Part shown: in pieces, positions 9,347-19,171 of the stretch | Numbering within the stretch: position 1 is the stretch's first letter | Layout of the letters: each line of letters opens with the position of its first letter | NCBI GenBank assembly: GCA_963677925.2 | Contig: CAXXYH010000003.1 | Span: 1,312,001 to 1,376,000 of the forward strand | Reading direction: 5' to 3' | Origin: Spirochaetia bacterium | Lineage (GTDB): Bacteria > Spirochaetota > Spirochaetia > UBA9216 | Length of the DNA: 64,000 nucleotides | Notes under the pieces: model-generated | The model's input: the letters and a program-made list of their open reading frames with translations, nothing else | Database searches by the model: none | What the model was told of the DNA's origin: nothing | Program-made: the position numbers and the translations under genes

Positions 9347-11068
9347 CTATTTAAGATTATATTTGCATGGAATTGTAAATTCAAACCGGCAGCCATGCTG
9401 CTTTCTGCCGTTAATCCTCCGGTAGGGACTTTCAAGTTTCAGTGAGCCTCCTGCAAGCAAAGCCTTCCGCCTTGCAAGAAACAGCCCCAGACCGCTTCCC
9501 TTTTCCTGACGGCTTCTGCTTACATAATCTCTGTAGAAGGGATCAAAAACATGACGCTGCTCACGGCTTTCAATTCCGCGGCCGTCATCCTCTACTGTAA
9601 AAACCAGCCCGTCGGGAATCCTTACGCGGCCGGTCACTCTCACATCACCGCCGTTTCCGTCATAGGCATGATTAATTGTATTCATCACAAGATTTCGAAG
9701 AACCAGGGTCAGCGTCTCCTCAACTATCACACAGCTTCCTTTAAGTACAGAAACATCCCAGATAAGATTTATCTTCCCGGCGGAGGTTATAGTATCAAGC
9801 TCTTTGATTAACCCTTCAAAAGTGGTTTCAAGATCAATCTCTGTACCGACCGGCTTTTTACTTCCACCAGCCTCAAGATTTGAAAACATTAGAATCTCGT
9901 TTATCATCCCGCCCAGCCTTAAGGACTGCTGCTGTATTATCTCGCTGTATTTTGAAAGCCTTTCTGCAGGAATAATTCCATTGGAAAGATTATCAGCTGC
10001 CGCCTGGATAACAGTCAGAGGTGTTCGAAGCTCATGAGTAATAGACGCAACAAATTCACGTTCACGTTCCCGCATGCCTTTCAGCCGCCTGGCCTGATGC
10101 CTTGCAAGGAAGAAGGCGGCGGTAACACCGAGAAGAAGAATAAGGCTTGCAAAAAAATTAATTGCTGCACGTTTTTCAAGATCAGCATAAAAAGAACCGT
10201 TTTCGGATCTGACTTTTATTGCATACTGCCAGTCATATTCCCGAAACAGCCCGCTCTCGGAAGCAGGTCCGAATCCAATAGGGAAAAAGATAAACTTTTC
10301 ATCCATTTCCTGAGGTTCGGGTCGCGATGCCGGATCACCGGAAAGGTTTATACTGTCATGAATCCCGGGAATCGGAACAAACAGGGCATCGCCGGAAGAG
10401 TCTATCCCCAGAAGAGCCCTGAAAGGATGAAATGTGAACCTTGAGGATTTAAAATCTTTATTTCTGTCCGGAGCCTTGTCACTTCGGCCTTCGCCAGCGG
10501 AGACCCATTCAAGTTCATAATCGGGAAGCTGAGATTCCACCGCATCCTTAACATAGTTATCCATGAAAAGCCTGATATCAACATCTATAAAAATGGACAG
10601 CTCTTCATCTCTATTAGGCTTGTACACAAACAGCAGATGCCAGTCCTGATTTGGGGGGCCCGAATCATGTTTTCTTTCTATCCAGATTTCAGAATCACTG
10701 TCAAAATAGGTTGTCAGACCGTCACGATCATCATGGGAATAACTTATGGAGGCTAGAAGATACGGGTCTATACCGGAATCGTTGTATAGTTCAAAAATCC
10801 GTTCAAGCTGTGACCTGAGGGCATTATCAGACTGATCTTCAAGATCAAGATTTCTTAGAGACTGAACCAGCAGGGTATATCTTCTATATTCATTTGTTGC
10901 TGCATGCATGACCGAATATTCAATATCACGGGCAAGGGATATGGCTTCGCTTTCCATGCTTATCTTGAACATCCGGTGAATAAGAAAAACGGATGCAACC
11001 ATCGCCACGGCAAAAAGTATTGAGAAAATACGGTCAAGGACTGTCAAAAGCCTGGATTTTAACATCAT
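9347..11068 (-). CDS. Membrane sensor histidine kinase (HisKA), cognate of the adjacent regulator
   Basis: Two TM segments, ITHELRTPL, NLVMNTINHA, EDDGRG, GSGLGL. Confidence 0.93.
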   Translation of the reverse strand: MMLKSRLLTVLDRIFSILFAVAMVASVFLIHRMFKISMESEAISLARDIEYSVMHAATNEYRRYTLLVQSLRNLDLEDQSDNALRSQLERIFELYNDSGIDPYLLASISYSHDDRDGLTTYFDSDSEIWIERKHDSGPPNQDWHLLFVYKPNRDEELSIFIDVDIRLFMDNYVKDAVESQLPDYELEWVSAGEGRSDKAPDRNKDFKSSRFTFHPFRALLGIDSSGDALFVPIPGIHDSINLSGDPASRPEPQEMDEKFIFFPIGFGPASESGLFREYDWQYAIKVRSENGSFYADLEKRAAINFFASLILLLGVTAAFFLARHQARRLKGMREREREFVASITHELRTPLTVIQAAADNLSNGIIPAERLSKYSEIIQQQSLRLGGMINEILMFSNLEAGGSKKPVGTEIDLETTFEGLIKELDTITSAGKINLIWDVSVLKGSCVIVEETLTLVLRNLVMNTINHAYDGNGGDVRVTGRVRIPDGLVFTVEDDGRGIESREQRHVFDPFYRDYVSRSRQEKGSGLGLFLARRKALLAGGSLKLESPYRRINGRKQHGCRFEFTIPCKYNLK

Positions 11069-11129
11069 AAAGCAATAATAACCTCTGAATGAGCTTTCTT
11101 CTATATTTTAGGGTTTGCAGATTCCAGTT

Positions 11130-11166
11130 TTTACAAAGTTTACAATCGTTTTACAGCGGTTTAACA
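11130..11166 (+). promoter_or_regulatory. Tandem direct repeats TT(T/A)ACA, probable OmpR-family binding site
   Basis: TTTACA at 11130, 11139 and 11150, TTAACA at 11161; the last three are exactly 11 bp apart, in the divergent TCS/exporter intergenic region. Confidence 0.7.
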
Positions 11167-11208
11167 GCTCCAATATGAATATGCTGTATTTTTTATGTGG
11201 AGATTAAG

Positions 11209-12519
11209 ATGAGTACAAATCATAAAATTGTGCAGCTCGAGTATGTAAATCCGGCTGTTTCAAGAAAAAAGAAACGGGGAAGACTGATGGCTCTGATTGC
11301 AACAGTGCTTGCGGCGGCGGCAGCAGTGGTCATTCTTAAAACAGAGCTTTCCGACAAGCCTGTAAAAGTTGCTGATTATACAACAGCGGCCGTTACTTCG
11401 GGGGAAATTTTATCAACAACAGAAGCCAGCGGTACGGTGGTCCTGCCGATACAGGTTGAAATTGTCAGCCCGGAGGACAGTTACGCTGATGAAATCTATG
11501 TCAGCGAGGGTGATTCAATTACACCCGAAACTGTGCTTGCGCTTCTTGAGTCACCTAATCTTGATGATGAAAAGGACAGCCTTACAGTAAGTCTGAAACA
11601 GGCTTTAATTGAACTTGAAAATATAAATAGTGAATACAATTATGAAATAAAAAACCTTACAAGAAGTATCACAAGACTAAGCGCCGATATTGCCGATGCT
11701 CAGGCTGATGCAGACACAGCAAAGGCACTTGCAGAACTTAAAAGTTCGCGTGAATCAGATTACGAGGAAGCCCTTGATAATCTTGAAAGCCTGCAGGAGG
11801 AGCTTGAGGATCTTAACTCGGAACTCGAACAGACTCTTGCCAAAAAAGATATAGATATAAGAAAACAGGATGCTTCAATAGAGCAGATTCGGGTGAATCT
11901 TGAAATCGTTAACAGCGACATTGAGGCTCTTTCAGTAAAGAGTCCGATATCAGGTGAAGTACTCAGCATCAACGAGAGCCTGGGGATACCGGGAAGTTCC
12001 ATAGAGACAACTGATTCCCTCTTCGTTATTGCAGACCGCAGTGAAGCCTATATAGATTTCGATGTTTATGAACAGTATGCAGGACTTCTTGAAACCGGCG
12101 GAAAAATGACAGTCACTTCCGGAACCAATACCTTCGAGGCTGAAATAACAAAAATTGGGCGTATTGCAACCATGGATTCCGACGGCCTTGCGGCAATGGT
12201 CACAGTAAGGGCCAGGCCGCTTACTGATCTTGAACTTACCCCCGGCGCTTCGGCAGTCGCCAGTATAAGCCTGGGTATGGAGGAAAATGTTATCTACCTT
12301 CCGCGTGGAGCCTACCTTACAACCGGAAGCCAGAAATGGGTTTACCTGGTGAACGGAGACAGTGCTGTAAAAACGGCAGTCAGTTTCGGGGATATTGAAG
12401 GTGCAAAGGTGAAGATTAAAGCCGGACTTAACGAGGGCGATGTGATTATCACCAGCGGGTACCAGAACTTTATCGACCAGAAAGAAATACAGTTAGCCCG
12501 GGGAGGCGAAGATGATTGA
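11209..12519 (+). CDS. Periplasmic adaptor (MacA/HlyD-like membrane fusion protein)
   Basis: N-terminal TM, lipoyl half-motifs (VSEGD, VKSPISGEV), long coiled coil, GLNEGDVII. ATG 11209 follows a GGAG SD. Confidence 0.9.
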   Translation: MSTNHKIVQLEYVNPAVSRKKKRGRLMALIATVLAAAAAVVILKTELSDKPVKVADYTTAAVTSGEILSTTEASGTVVLPIQVEIVSPEDSYADEIYVSEGDSITPETVLALLESPNLDDEKDSLTVSLKQALIELENINSEYNYEIKNLTRSITRLSADIADAQADADTAKALAELKSSRESDYEEALDNLESLQEELEDLNSELEQTLAKKDIDIRKQDASIEQIRVNLEIVNSDIEALSVKSPISGEVLSINESLGIPGSSIETTDSLFVIADRSEAYIDFDVYEQYAGLLETGGKMTVTSGTNTFEAEITKIGRIATMDSDGLAAMVTVRARPLTDLELTPGASAVASISLGMEENVIYLPRGAYLTTGSQKWVYLVNGDSAVKTAVSFGDIEGAKVKIKAGLNEGDVIITSGYQNFIDQKEIQLARGGEDD

Positions 12520-13195
12520 GTTAAACGGAATAAACAAGAGCTATGACCTTGGCGATGTAAAGGTTGACGCTCTAAGAGGTATAAATATTAAAATCGAACG
12601 CGGTGAATACATTGCTGTTATGGGCCCGTCCGGCTCGGGCAAATCAACACTTATGCACATAGTCGGAATACTGGATTCGGCAACCGGCGGAAAGTATCTG
12701 CTTGAAGACTACGATATTACAGCACTGCCGGACAGAGAGCAGGCCCGTATTCGCAACAGACACTTCGGTTTCATCTTTCAGAGTTTCAATTTATTCCCGG
12801 AGCTTAGCGCCCTGGAGAATGTAATGCTGCCTATGAGCTATGCCGGCATCCCCTTTTCTCATCGCAGAGACCGTGCTGTTGAACTTCTTAATGAAGTTGG
12901 ACTGGGCAGCCGTATGAAACACCTGCCTACAATGCTAAGCGGAGGTGAACAGCAGAGAGTTGCCATTGCAAGGGCGCTGTCAAACAATCCCGATTTAATA
13001 CTTGCGGATGAACCGACAGGAAATCTTCCGACCGACAAGGGTGAGGAGATTCTGAAAATTCTTGAAGACCTGAATGCAAAGGGAGTGACTATCGTAATGG
13101 TTACCCACAACCCTGCACAGGGGAAACGCGCCGGCAGAATCATAGAACTGAGCGACGGCCGTATACTGGACAAGAGGCAGGAAAATGCACTCTGA
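12512..13195 (+). CDS. ABC transporter ATP-binding protein (MacB/LolD type)
   Basis: GPSGSGKS, LSGGEQQRVAIARAL, LADEPTGNL, VTH. Confidence 0.96.
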   Translation: MIELNGINKSYDLGDVKVDALRGINIKIERGEYIAVMGPSGSGKSTLMHIVGILDSATGGKYLLEDYDITALPDREQARIRNRHFGFIFQSFNLFPELSALENVMLPMSYAGIPFSHRRDRAVELLNEVGLGSRMKHLPTMLSGGEQQRVAIARALSNNPDLILADEPTGNLPTDKGEEILKILEDLNAKGVTIVMVTHNPAQGKRAGRIIELSDGRILDKRQENAL

Positions 13196-14600
13196 GCCTG
13201 TAAAAATAGTAACAAGAAGGTTCATTGACAAACCGCTTGAATCAATTCTGCTGATACTCGCTGTAGGTCTCGGGATAGGAGTTCTGAGTACCGGGCTCTC
13301 GCTTCTGGCAAACACCCTGGCTTATTCCGATTATATGATGAAATCTCCTGAATATACCGAAATTACCGTCAGCACAAGAAGCGATGCTGAGGATATGGAA
13401 ACGCCTGCGGTAACTATTCCGGCAAGCGAAAATACAGTACTGACACAGGAAGATCTTGAGGCAGCGGAGCTTGCCCCCTATGTTGAATATGCCTACATAA
13501 AAAACCGCAGTAGACTCCATATGATTAATGAAAGCAGCATAGAGCAGGAAAACCGGATGAGGACAGAAATGGAGCAGTTCGGCCCCGGTCAGGGACAGGA
13601 TTCACCGCCGCAGGATTTTTCCGGAGACGCTCCTGCCGCCCCGGATGGACAGGATGGAAATCAGCCGCCGGACATGAGGCAGAATGCGGCTCAGATGCTC
13701 CAGGAAGGGATAGAATCGGGGCTTATCATAGCAGAAATTGAAGAAGCCGACGGCTTTGAAGTCAGCAGCGGATTCTTTGATGCATGGGATATTCAGACAG
13801 TCTACGGAAGTATATTCTCCGAACAGGAGTATGCATCAACTGAAAACATAATACTGCTGGGTACCGAACTTGCAGCAGAAGTCATCCCGGAAGGTGAAGA
13901 GATGTCAAGCCTTATAGGAAGGCAGCTTCTGACCAGAGGCGGATATCAGACTATAGTCGGAATATTCGATTCCGAATACGGCGACTACAGCGGAAAATTT
14001 CTTGAACCCTATCGGGACAGAGGATCTCTTTCAGGATTCCGGGGCTTCAGGGGTCCTGGAATGGATACAAGCCTGATTTTCAGTGTAATGGATCCCGAAA
14101 AGATAGAATCTTCTTCAAGTCTGCTCACTCAATGGTTTGCGGACCGCTACGGCAATGATCAGATTTCCATATCAAACTCGAGGGCTGAAGCTGAAAACAT
14201 AGTAAGCAGAAATACCGGAATAAGCGTTCTGGTATTTTTTCTTTCTGCTGCCGGATTCTTCATAGCACTGTTGAATGTATCAAACATCCTTATGAGCCGG
14301 GCTATGAGAATGAAAGGTGCTACAGGGGTATTGATGGCACTCGGTTCAGATCGTAAGGGGATTCTGAAACTGTTCTCTGTTGAGGCCGCAGTTATAACAG
14401 CAGCAGGCGCCGCTGCAGGAATGCTTATTGCTTTTCCGCTCAGCGCTTATATTAAGAAAGCAATGGAGATTCAGACATCCTCCTTTATATATCTTATTCT
14501 GGGGATTGTAATATCGGGACTGCTGGCTCTTGTATTCAGTATAATTCCGGCAGCGCATGCTGCGAAAACAGATCCGGCCCAGGCAATGAGGGCTTTATAA
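13185..14600 (+). CDS. ABC transporter permease (MacB/FtsX family) 1
   Basis: One TM, large periplasmic domain, three C-terminal TMs; GVLMALG; DPAQAMR C-terminus. Confidence 0.88.
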   Translation: MHSEPVKIVTRRFIDKPLESILLILAVGLGIGVLSTGLSLLANTLAYSDYMMKSPEYTEITVSTRSDAEDMETPAVTIPASENTVLTQEDLEAAELAPYVEYAYIKNRSRLHMINESSIEQENRMRTEMEQFGPGQGQDSPPQDFSGDAPAAPDGQDGNQPPDMRQNAAQMLQEGIESGLIIAEIEEADGFEVSSGFFDAWDIQTVYGSIFSEQEYASTENIILLGTELAAEVIPEGEEMSSLIGRQLLTRGGYQTIVGIFDSEYGDYSGKFLEPYRDRGSLSGFRGFRGPGMDTSLIFSVMDPEKIESSSSLLTQWFADRYGNDQISISNSRAEAENIVSRNTGISVLVFFLSAAGFFIALLNVSNILMSRAMRMKGATGVLMALGSDRKGILKLFSVEAAVITAAGAAAGMLIAFPLSAYIKKAMEIQTSSFIYLILGIVISGLLALVFSIIPAAHAAKTDPAQAMRAL

Positions 14601-15910
14601 TGAATCAGATAATTTCAATGTTCAAACGACAGTTCAGAACCGCACCGCTTAAGATAAGCCTGACGCTTGTATCAGTAGCTCTTGGAACGGCGGTACTTAT
14701 TCTATCGCTGAGTGCGTCATCGATCATAAAAAATGAAGTCTCCGGACAGCTTGAAGAAAACGGGATGATCCTGTATACGGCAAACGGAGAATGGGACAGT
14801 GACGGAAGCATTTCCCTCAACAGACCTGCTGAATGGGACAGCAATGCGGGTTCTGTTTTACTAAGTGATTCAGGCGTTGCAGAAAGCGCCTCCATAGTAT
14901 CCAGCACCCCATTTCATGAACTTAGTGCTGACGGAAAGTCATACAGAATAAGAACCGCAATAGCTGCCGAACCTGCCTATTTTGATGTATTCAGTCTTGA
15001 GATTGCTGCAGGACTTCCAATGACAGATTCCGATCTGGCTCAGGGAATGAAGAAGGTCTGGATATCAGAAGAAACTGCAGAGATTCTCTTCGGTTCGAAC
15101 GAAGAAGCTGTAGGAAAATATATCCAGCCGCCGGGTGAAATCTTCCAGCGGGGGCCCGGCGGAATGCGTGAGCAGAATATGATAACCAGCTATACTGTTA
15201 CCGGAGTATTTAAAACCCCCGGTGAAGTTTCAAGAAAGTCCTACGAAATCGGCGATGTTGTATTTCCATACACAGCAATGCTTCCTTCCGGAAGAAATGC
15301 ACAGCTTGCAAAAGACATGATGGCCGGTACTATTGCAGTTAAGACTTCAGCTTCTTCGGTTGAAAAAGCCGGAGCGGCGATAAGACAGTCTCTGACGGCA
15401 GTGTACGGAGAGGAGATCGACATACTTGTATGGGAAGGTTCACCACGTGGAACTTCTGAATATATGGAGGAACTTAGAAACTCAGTCAGAATTTTCACAG
15501 TAACCATCAATCTGCTGGGCCTAATTTTACTGCTTACAAGTTCGCTGGGAATTTTCAGTATCATGGTAGTGGAATCACTCAGCAGGCGCCGTGAGATAGC
15601 ACTGCAGAGAGCTCTGGGCGCATCAAGACTGATCGTTGTACGCGACTTCTGGAGCTGGGCTATATCCTTAAGTCTCTGCGGAGCAGCTGCCGGTGCAGTA
15701 CTTTCACTCATATTTTCGCATCCGGTTCTGCAGAGCATTGCACCCCTTGCAGGAGAAATATCTGAAAGCTTTGCCGAAACTGCCGGGTTAAGGGCCGGTG
15801 CATTAATTACTGCTGTACTGACAGCGGCAGGATTCGGGGGAATTCTCGGTCTGCTCCCGGCAGTTTCTTCTGTTCAGGGAAATATTTCTGAAACAATAAG
15901 GGAATCATGA
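14600..15910 (+). CDS. ABC transporter permease (MacB/FtsX family) 2
   Basis: RRREIALQRALGA FtsX motif, same topology as permease 1, TAATG coupling. Confidence 0.9.
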   Translation: MNQIISMFKRQFRTAPLKISLTLVSVALGTAVLILSLSASSIIKNEVSGQLEENGMILYTANGEWDSDGSISLNRPAEWDSNAGSVLLSDSGVAESASIVSSTPFHELSADGKSYRIRTAIAAEPAYFDVFSLEIAAGLPMTDSDLAQGMKKVWISEETAEILFGSNEEAVGKYIQPPGEIFQRGPGGMREQNMITSYTVTGVFKTPGEVSRKSYEIGDVVFPYTAMLPSGRNAQLAKDMMAGTIAVKTSASSVEKAGAAIRQSLTAVYGEEIDILVWEGSPRGTSEYMEELRNSVRIFTVTINLLGLILLLTSSLGIFSIMVVESLSRRREIALQRALGASRLIVVRDFWSWAISLSLCGAAAGAVLSLIFSHPVLQSIAPLAGEISESFAETAGLRAGALITAVLTAAGFGGILGLLPAVSSVQGNISETIRES

Positions 15911-17208
15911 AAACTCTAAAATTTTTAATATTTACTGCTGTAATTACAGCATCAGCCATAATTCCTGTCTCTGCTGATAATGAAACACTGAGCCTGAAAA
16001 CAATTGCCGGGGTGAGTGAATATGCAGTCAACAGCAACCTGGATATAAAGGAAGCAGGACTGGCTGTTCTGAAAGCCCGGAACAGTCTTAGCGGAATATT
16101 CAAAGTGGAGGAAAGTTCAATTTCACTGAGCACAGGTTTTTCCGAATCTGAATATTCGGAGCTTGAAACAGGAATAAGCGCTGAACTGCCTCTTATAGAT
16201 CAGCTGGGATTCAGTTTCTCGGTGGATGATCAGCTTAACAGCAGCATCAGGGTAAGCATCAATCCCCTGTATCATTCTTCAGAGAGAAAGCTATCCGATC
16301 TCAGTCTCAGAAAAGCTGAACTTGCACTGAACAAGGCAGTAACCGAGACTGTAATTAATGCAGCTGCTGCTTATATGTCCTGGTCGAAGGCTATCGGCGA
16401 CAAAGAAAATGCGGAATCCAGACTCGCGTTAATGAAACAGATCTATGAAGATGAGCGCGTCAGATATAATGAGGGAGAGGCAACCCTTGATGATGTGAGA
16501 GAAGCCCTGCTTGACTGGTCGGAATCAAGAACCTCTATGAATACGGCATCGCAGGCACTTAACACCTCAGAGAATGAACTATATTCGATTCTGAATACCA
16601 CACCGGAGGCTGTAAGTATAGAGCCTGCAGACAGACAGTCTATTGAATCTGAATTAACCAGGATTAAGGAAGTAAGGAAGCTCGGTGATTACTCTGCTGA
16701 TTTCAGCTATGAAGTACTATCCGCGGATATAGACAGACAAACAGCTGAGGCGGAACTGAAGGAAGTCTGGCTGTTCTCACCTGAACTTAGTGCATCCGGG
16801 GGTGCTGACTTCAGTCAGCAGGATGCTGCAACGGTTTCCGCATCTGTCAGTATCGGTCTTTCTTCAGACAGCTGGAATGCAGAGGAACGGAGTGAATTGA
16901 AAAAACAGCTTGAACTTAGCAGTGAATATAAAAATTCAGCGGAAGCTTCTGCACAGCTGTCATTACTGCAGCTCACCGGGACTATAGAGACCGCCGCAAT
17001 CAATACAGAGATATCAGCAATTGAACTGGAACAGGCCGGAGAACTGAAAGCCGAAGCGGAGTTTCTCTTTGAACAGGGAGAATATTCAAATACAGAATTG
17101 GATGACGCCGTGCTTGCAGAAAAAGAAGCTGAGGCTGCCTACTTCGGAGCACTTGCCGATGAACTGGGTTCATGGATGGAGCTTTCGCTATATTCTTTGA
17201 TTGACTAG
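15907..17208 (+). CDS. TolC-family outer membrane efflux protein
   Basis: Signal peptide, duplicated OEP-like helical repeats (RYNEGEATLDDV / LFEQGEYSNTEL), last gene of the exporter operon. Confidence 0.8.
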   Translation: MKTLKFLIFTAVITASAIIPVSADNETLSLKTIAGVSEYAVNSNLDIKEAGLAVLKARNSLSGIFKVEESSISLSTGFSESEYSELETGISAELPLIDQLGFSFSVDDQLNSSIRVSINPLYHSSERKLSDLSLRKAELALNKAVTETVINAAAAYMSWSKAIGDKENAESRLALMKQIYEDERVRYNEGEATLDDVREALLDWSESRTSMNTASQALNTSENELYSILNTTPEAVSIEPADRQSIESELTRIKEVRKLGDYSADFSYEVLSADIDRQTAEAELKEVWLFSPELSASGGADFSQQDAATVSASVSIGLSSDSWNAEERSELKKQLELSSEYKNSAEASAQLSLLQLTGTIETAAINTEISAIELEQAGELKAEAEFLFEQGEYSNTELDDAVLAEKEAEAAYFGALADELGSWMELSLYSLID

Positions 17209-17235
17209 TGAAAAATATCGAATTATGATACTTCC

Positions 17236-18069
17236 ATGACAGCAGTTGACAGGGAAGCAGTAAGCATCAAGGTGCTTGAAATTTACAAAGCCGAGACGGA
17301 AAAGCATCTGGCAATGGAAAAAGGATTCAGAGTTTTTGATGAACCTGACGTCCGGTTTGCATCAGCGGATGATCCGCTTATAGAAGACTATAAAAATATA
17401 ATCGGCGGCTTTCACTGGAGCCCTGATGAGGTCCTTAAGCGGGAGAAGGCAGGGACTGTAATATCCTGGTGTCTTCCGGTTTCAGAAGAAGCAAGGCTCT
17501 CAAACCGCAAAGAGAAGCTCTACCCCTCCGTTAAATGGGCATGGACGAGAACCTTCGGCGAATATCTCAACGAGGAGATCAGAAAAAATCTATGTGCATG
17601 GCTGGAAGATCACGGTCATGCTTCGGCGGCTCCGGCGCTTGAGCCCGGTTTCGGTTTTATCGAAGAAACTCCTGTCGGTATAGCCTCACAGTGGTCGGAA
17701 AGACATTACGCCTTTGCAGCCGGACACGGAACTTTCGGTCTGTCCGGAGGGCTGATTACTCGCCGCGGAATTGCCCACAGGCTTGGCAGCGTAGTTACAT
17801 CGGCTGTCTTTGAGGCTGATGAAAGAGAATATGGAAATGACCCATTTGCCTGGTGTCTGCATGAATCAGAAGGAAAGTGCGGAGCATGCATAAAACGCTG
17901 TCCTGTCGGCTCAGTCGGCAGCTCTCCGGCACTGCGAGACAAGGACAAGTGCAACGAGCACGACATGGTGAGAATAAGCGCCCTTTACGGCAGCCGTTTC
18001 GACTGGGAAGGCATCTACGGCTGCGGGCTGTGCCAGACTAAGGTTCCCTGCGAATCACGCAGACCCTGA
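17236..18069 (+). CDS. QueG-like (epoxyqueuosine reductase family) 2x[4Fe-4S] protein
   Basis: SQWSERHYAFAAGHGTFGLSGGLIT..G..HRLGSVVT plus C..CGACIKRCP...C...CGLCQTKVPC. Confidence 0.8.
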   Translation: MTAVDREAVSIKVLEIYKAETEKHLAMEKGFRVFDEPDVRFASADDPLIEDYKNIIGGFHWSPDEVLKREKAGTVISWCLPVSEEARLSNRKEKLYPSVKWAWTRTFGEYLNEEIRKNLCAWLEDHGHASAAPALEPGFGFIEETPVGIASQWSERHYAFAAGHGTFGLSGGLITRRGIAHRLGSVVTSAVFEADEREYGNDPFAWCLHESEGKCGACIKRCPVGSVGSSPALRDKDKCNEHDMVRISALYGSRFDWEGIYGCGLCQTKVPCESRRP

Positions 18070-18094
18070 CAGACTTATCCGCCGGGGCTTCTAC

Positions 18095-18418
18095 CTAGGG
18101 GGTACGGGTGGGCAGTTTCACTATAAGCAGTGAAAACGGCTCCTTTCGTGTATTTTCCGCACCATGGGGAACATCAACCGGACATCTGATAATCATGTTC
18201 GGCTCTGCGGTGTAGGAATCGTTTCCGATTCTTACCTTACCCTCTCCCGAGAGCACATAGATGAAAGTGTCGTCCGCCTGAGAAACCGGCGGAAGTACTC
18301 CGTTCTCTTCAAGAAGCAGGTGGACTACGGTGCATCCGCTTCTTTCGTACATCTCACGGCCCTGGACTTTGTGGTCTTCAAAAACCAGCGGGGATTCTGC
18401 CAATCTTCTGATATTCAT
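18095..18418 (-). CDS. Cupin-domain protein
   Basis: YVLSGEG..IG and P.DVPHG.EN cupin motifs. The start at 18418 is chosen for SD (AGGAGG) spacing. Confidence 0.82.
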   Translation of the reverse strand: MNIRRLAESPLVFEDHKVQGREMYERSGCTVVHLLLEENGVLPPVSQADDTFIYVLSGEGKVRIGNDSYTAEPNMIIRCPVDVPHGAENTRKEPFSLLIVKLPTRTP

Positions 18419-18497
18419 AAGCATCCTCCTGTATTAATTATAAGCTTTTAATTCACGTAATCAAATGATTTAAGATATAATACCGGTGGAGATGCAA

Positions 18498-19046
18498 ATG
18501 ACAAAAGACGAACTGATTTTAAAAGCGGAAAAGCTTGGATTCGAAAATGAAAAAGCCTACGGCGGATGCGCCCAATGCACACTTCTTGCTGTACTCGAAA
18601 CGCTGTCGGTAAAGGCTCCTGCAATAGTGAAAGCAGCGACCGGATTTGCGGCCGGAGGCGGAAAAAAGTGCGACGGAATCTGCGGAGGCTACGCCGGTGC
18701 TATATCATTGTTCGGTCTTTTTTTCGGCAGAAGAGAGGAATACATGGACAGCGACCAGGAAGCCAAGAACCTGGTGAATGAGATGACCAGGAACTTCCGT
18801 GAAAAAATAATCGAAAAGTACGGAAGCTTAATCTGCGGCGAAATCCATCAAAACATTTTCGGCCGGAAATATAACCTGCTGACAGCTGATGGTTTTGAAG
18901 CTTTTGAACGTGACGGAGCTCACACTGAAAAATGTACAGGTGTTGTGGGTTTCGCCTCAAAAACAGCAGTTCAAATCATCCTCGATACTGCTGAAACTAT
19001 GGGATGGAGTACCGAAAAACTCCGGAGTGCGGCATCAGATATTTAA
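18498..19046 (+). CDS. C-GCAxxG-C-C family putative redox protein
   Basis: GGCAQC...GICGGYAGA...GSLICGEI...EKCTGVV. Confidence 0.88.
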   Translation: MTKDELILKAEKLGFENEKAYGGCAQCTLLAVLETLSVKAPAIVKAATGFAAGGGKKCDGICGGYAGAISLFGLFFGRREEYMDSDQEAKNLVNEMTRNFREKIIEKYGSLICGEIHQNIFGRKYNLLTADGFEAFERDGAHTEKCTGVVGFASKTAVQIILDTAETMGWSTEKLRSAASDI

Positions 19047-19106
19047 CCTGATAAAACCTGTATAGACTAAAGACTGAAAATATATTACGTTTTTTACTCA
19101 AGGTTT

Positions 19107-19133
19107 CCCGCAGGAATTAATCAGTTCTGCGGG
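19107..19133 (+). other. Stem-loop in the asd leader
   Basis: CCCGCAG-GAATTAATCAGTT-CTGCGGG; either a terminator for the upstream gene or a 5'-UTR hairpin. Confidence 0.5.
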
Positions 19134-19171
19134 ATTATTATCTTACAATTCTTTTTAAGGAGACTCTTTTT

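Noticed and set aside
17236-18069. Reductive dehalogenase call
   Set aside because: No Tat signal, no rdhB anchor, and too short; kept as QueG-like.
19047-19171. Lysine riboswitch or leader peptide upstream of asd
   Set aside because: The region is too short for an L-box, lacks its conserved motifs, and has no Lys/Thr/Met-rich mini-ORF.
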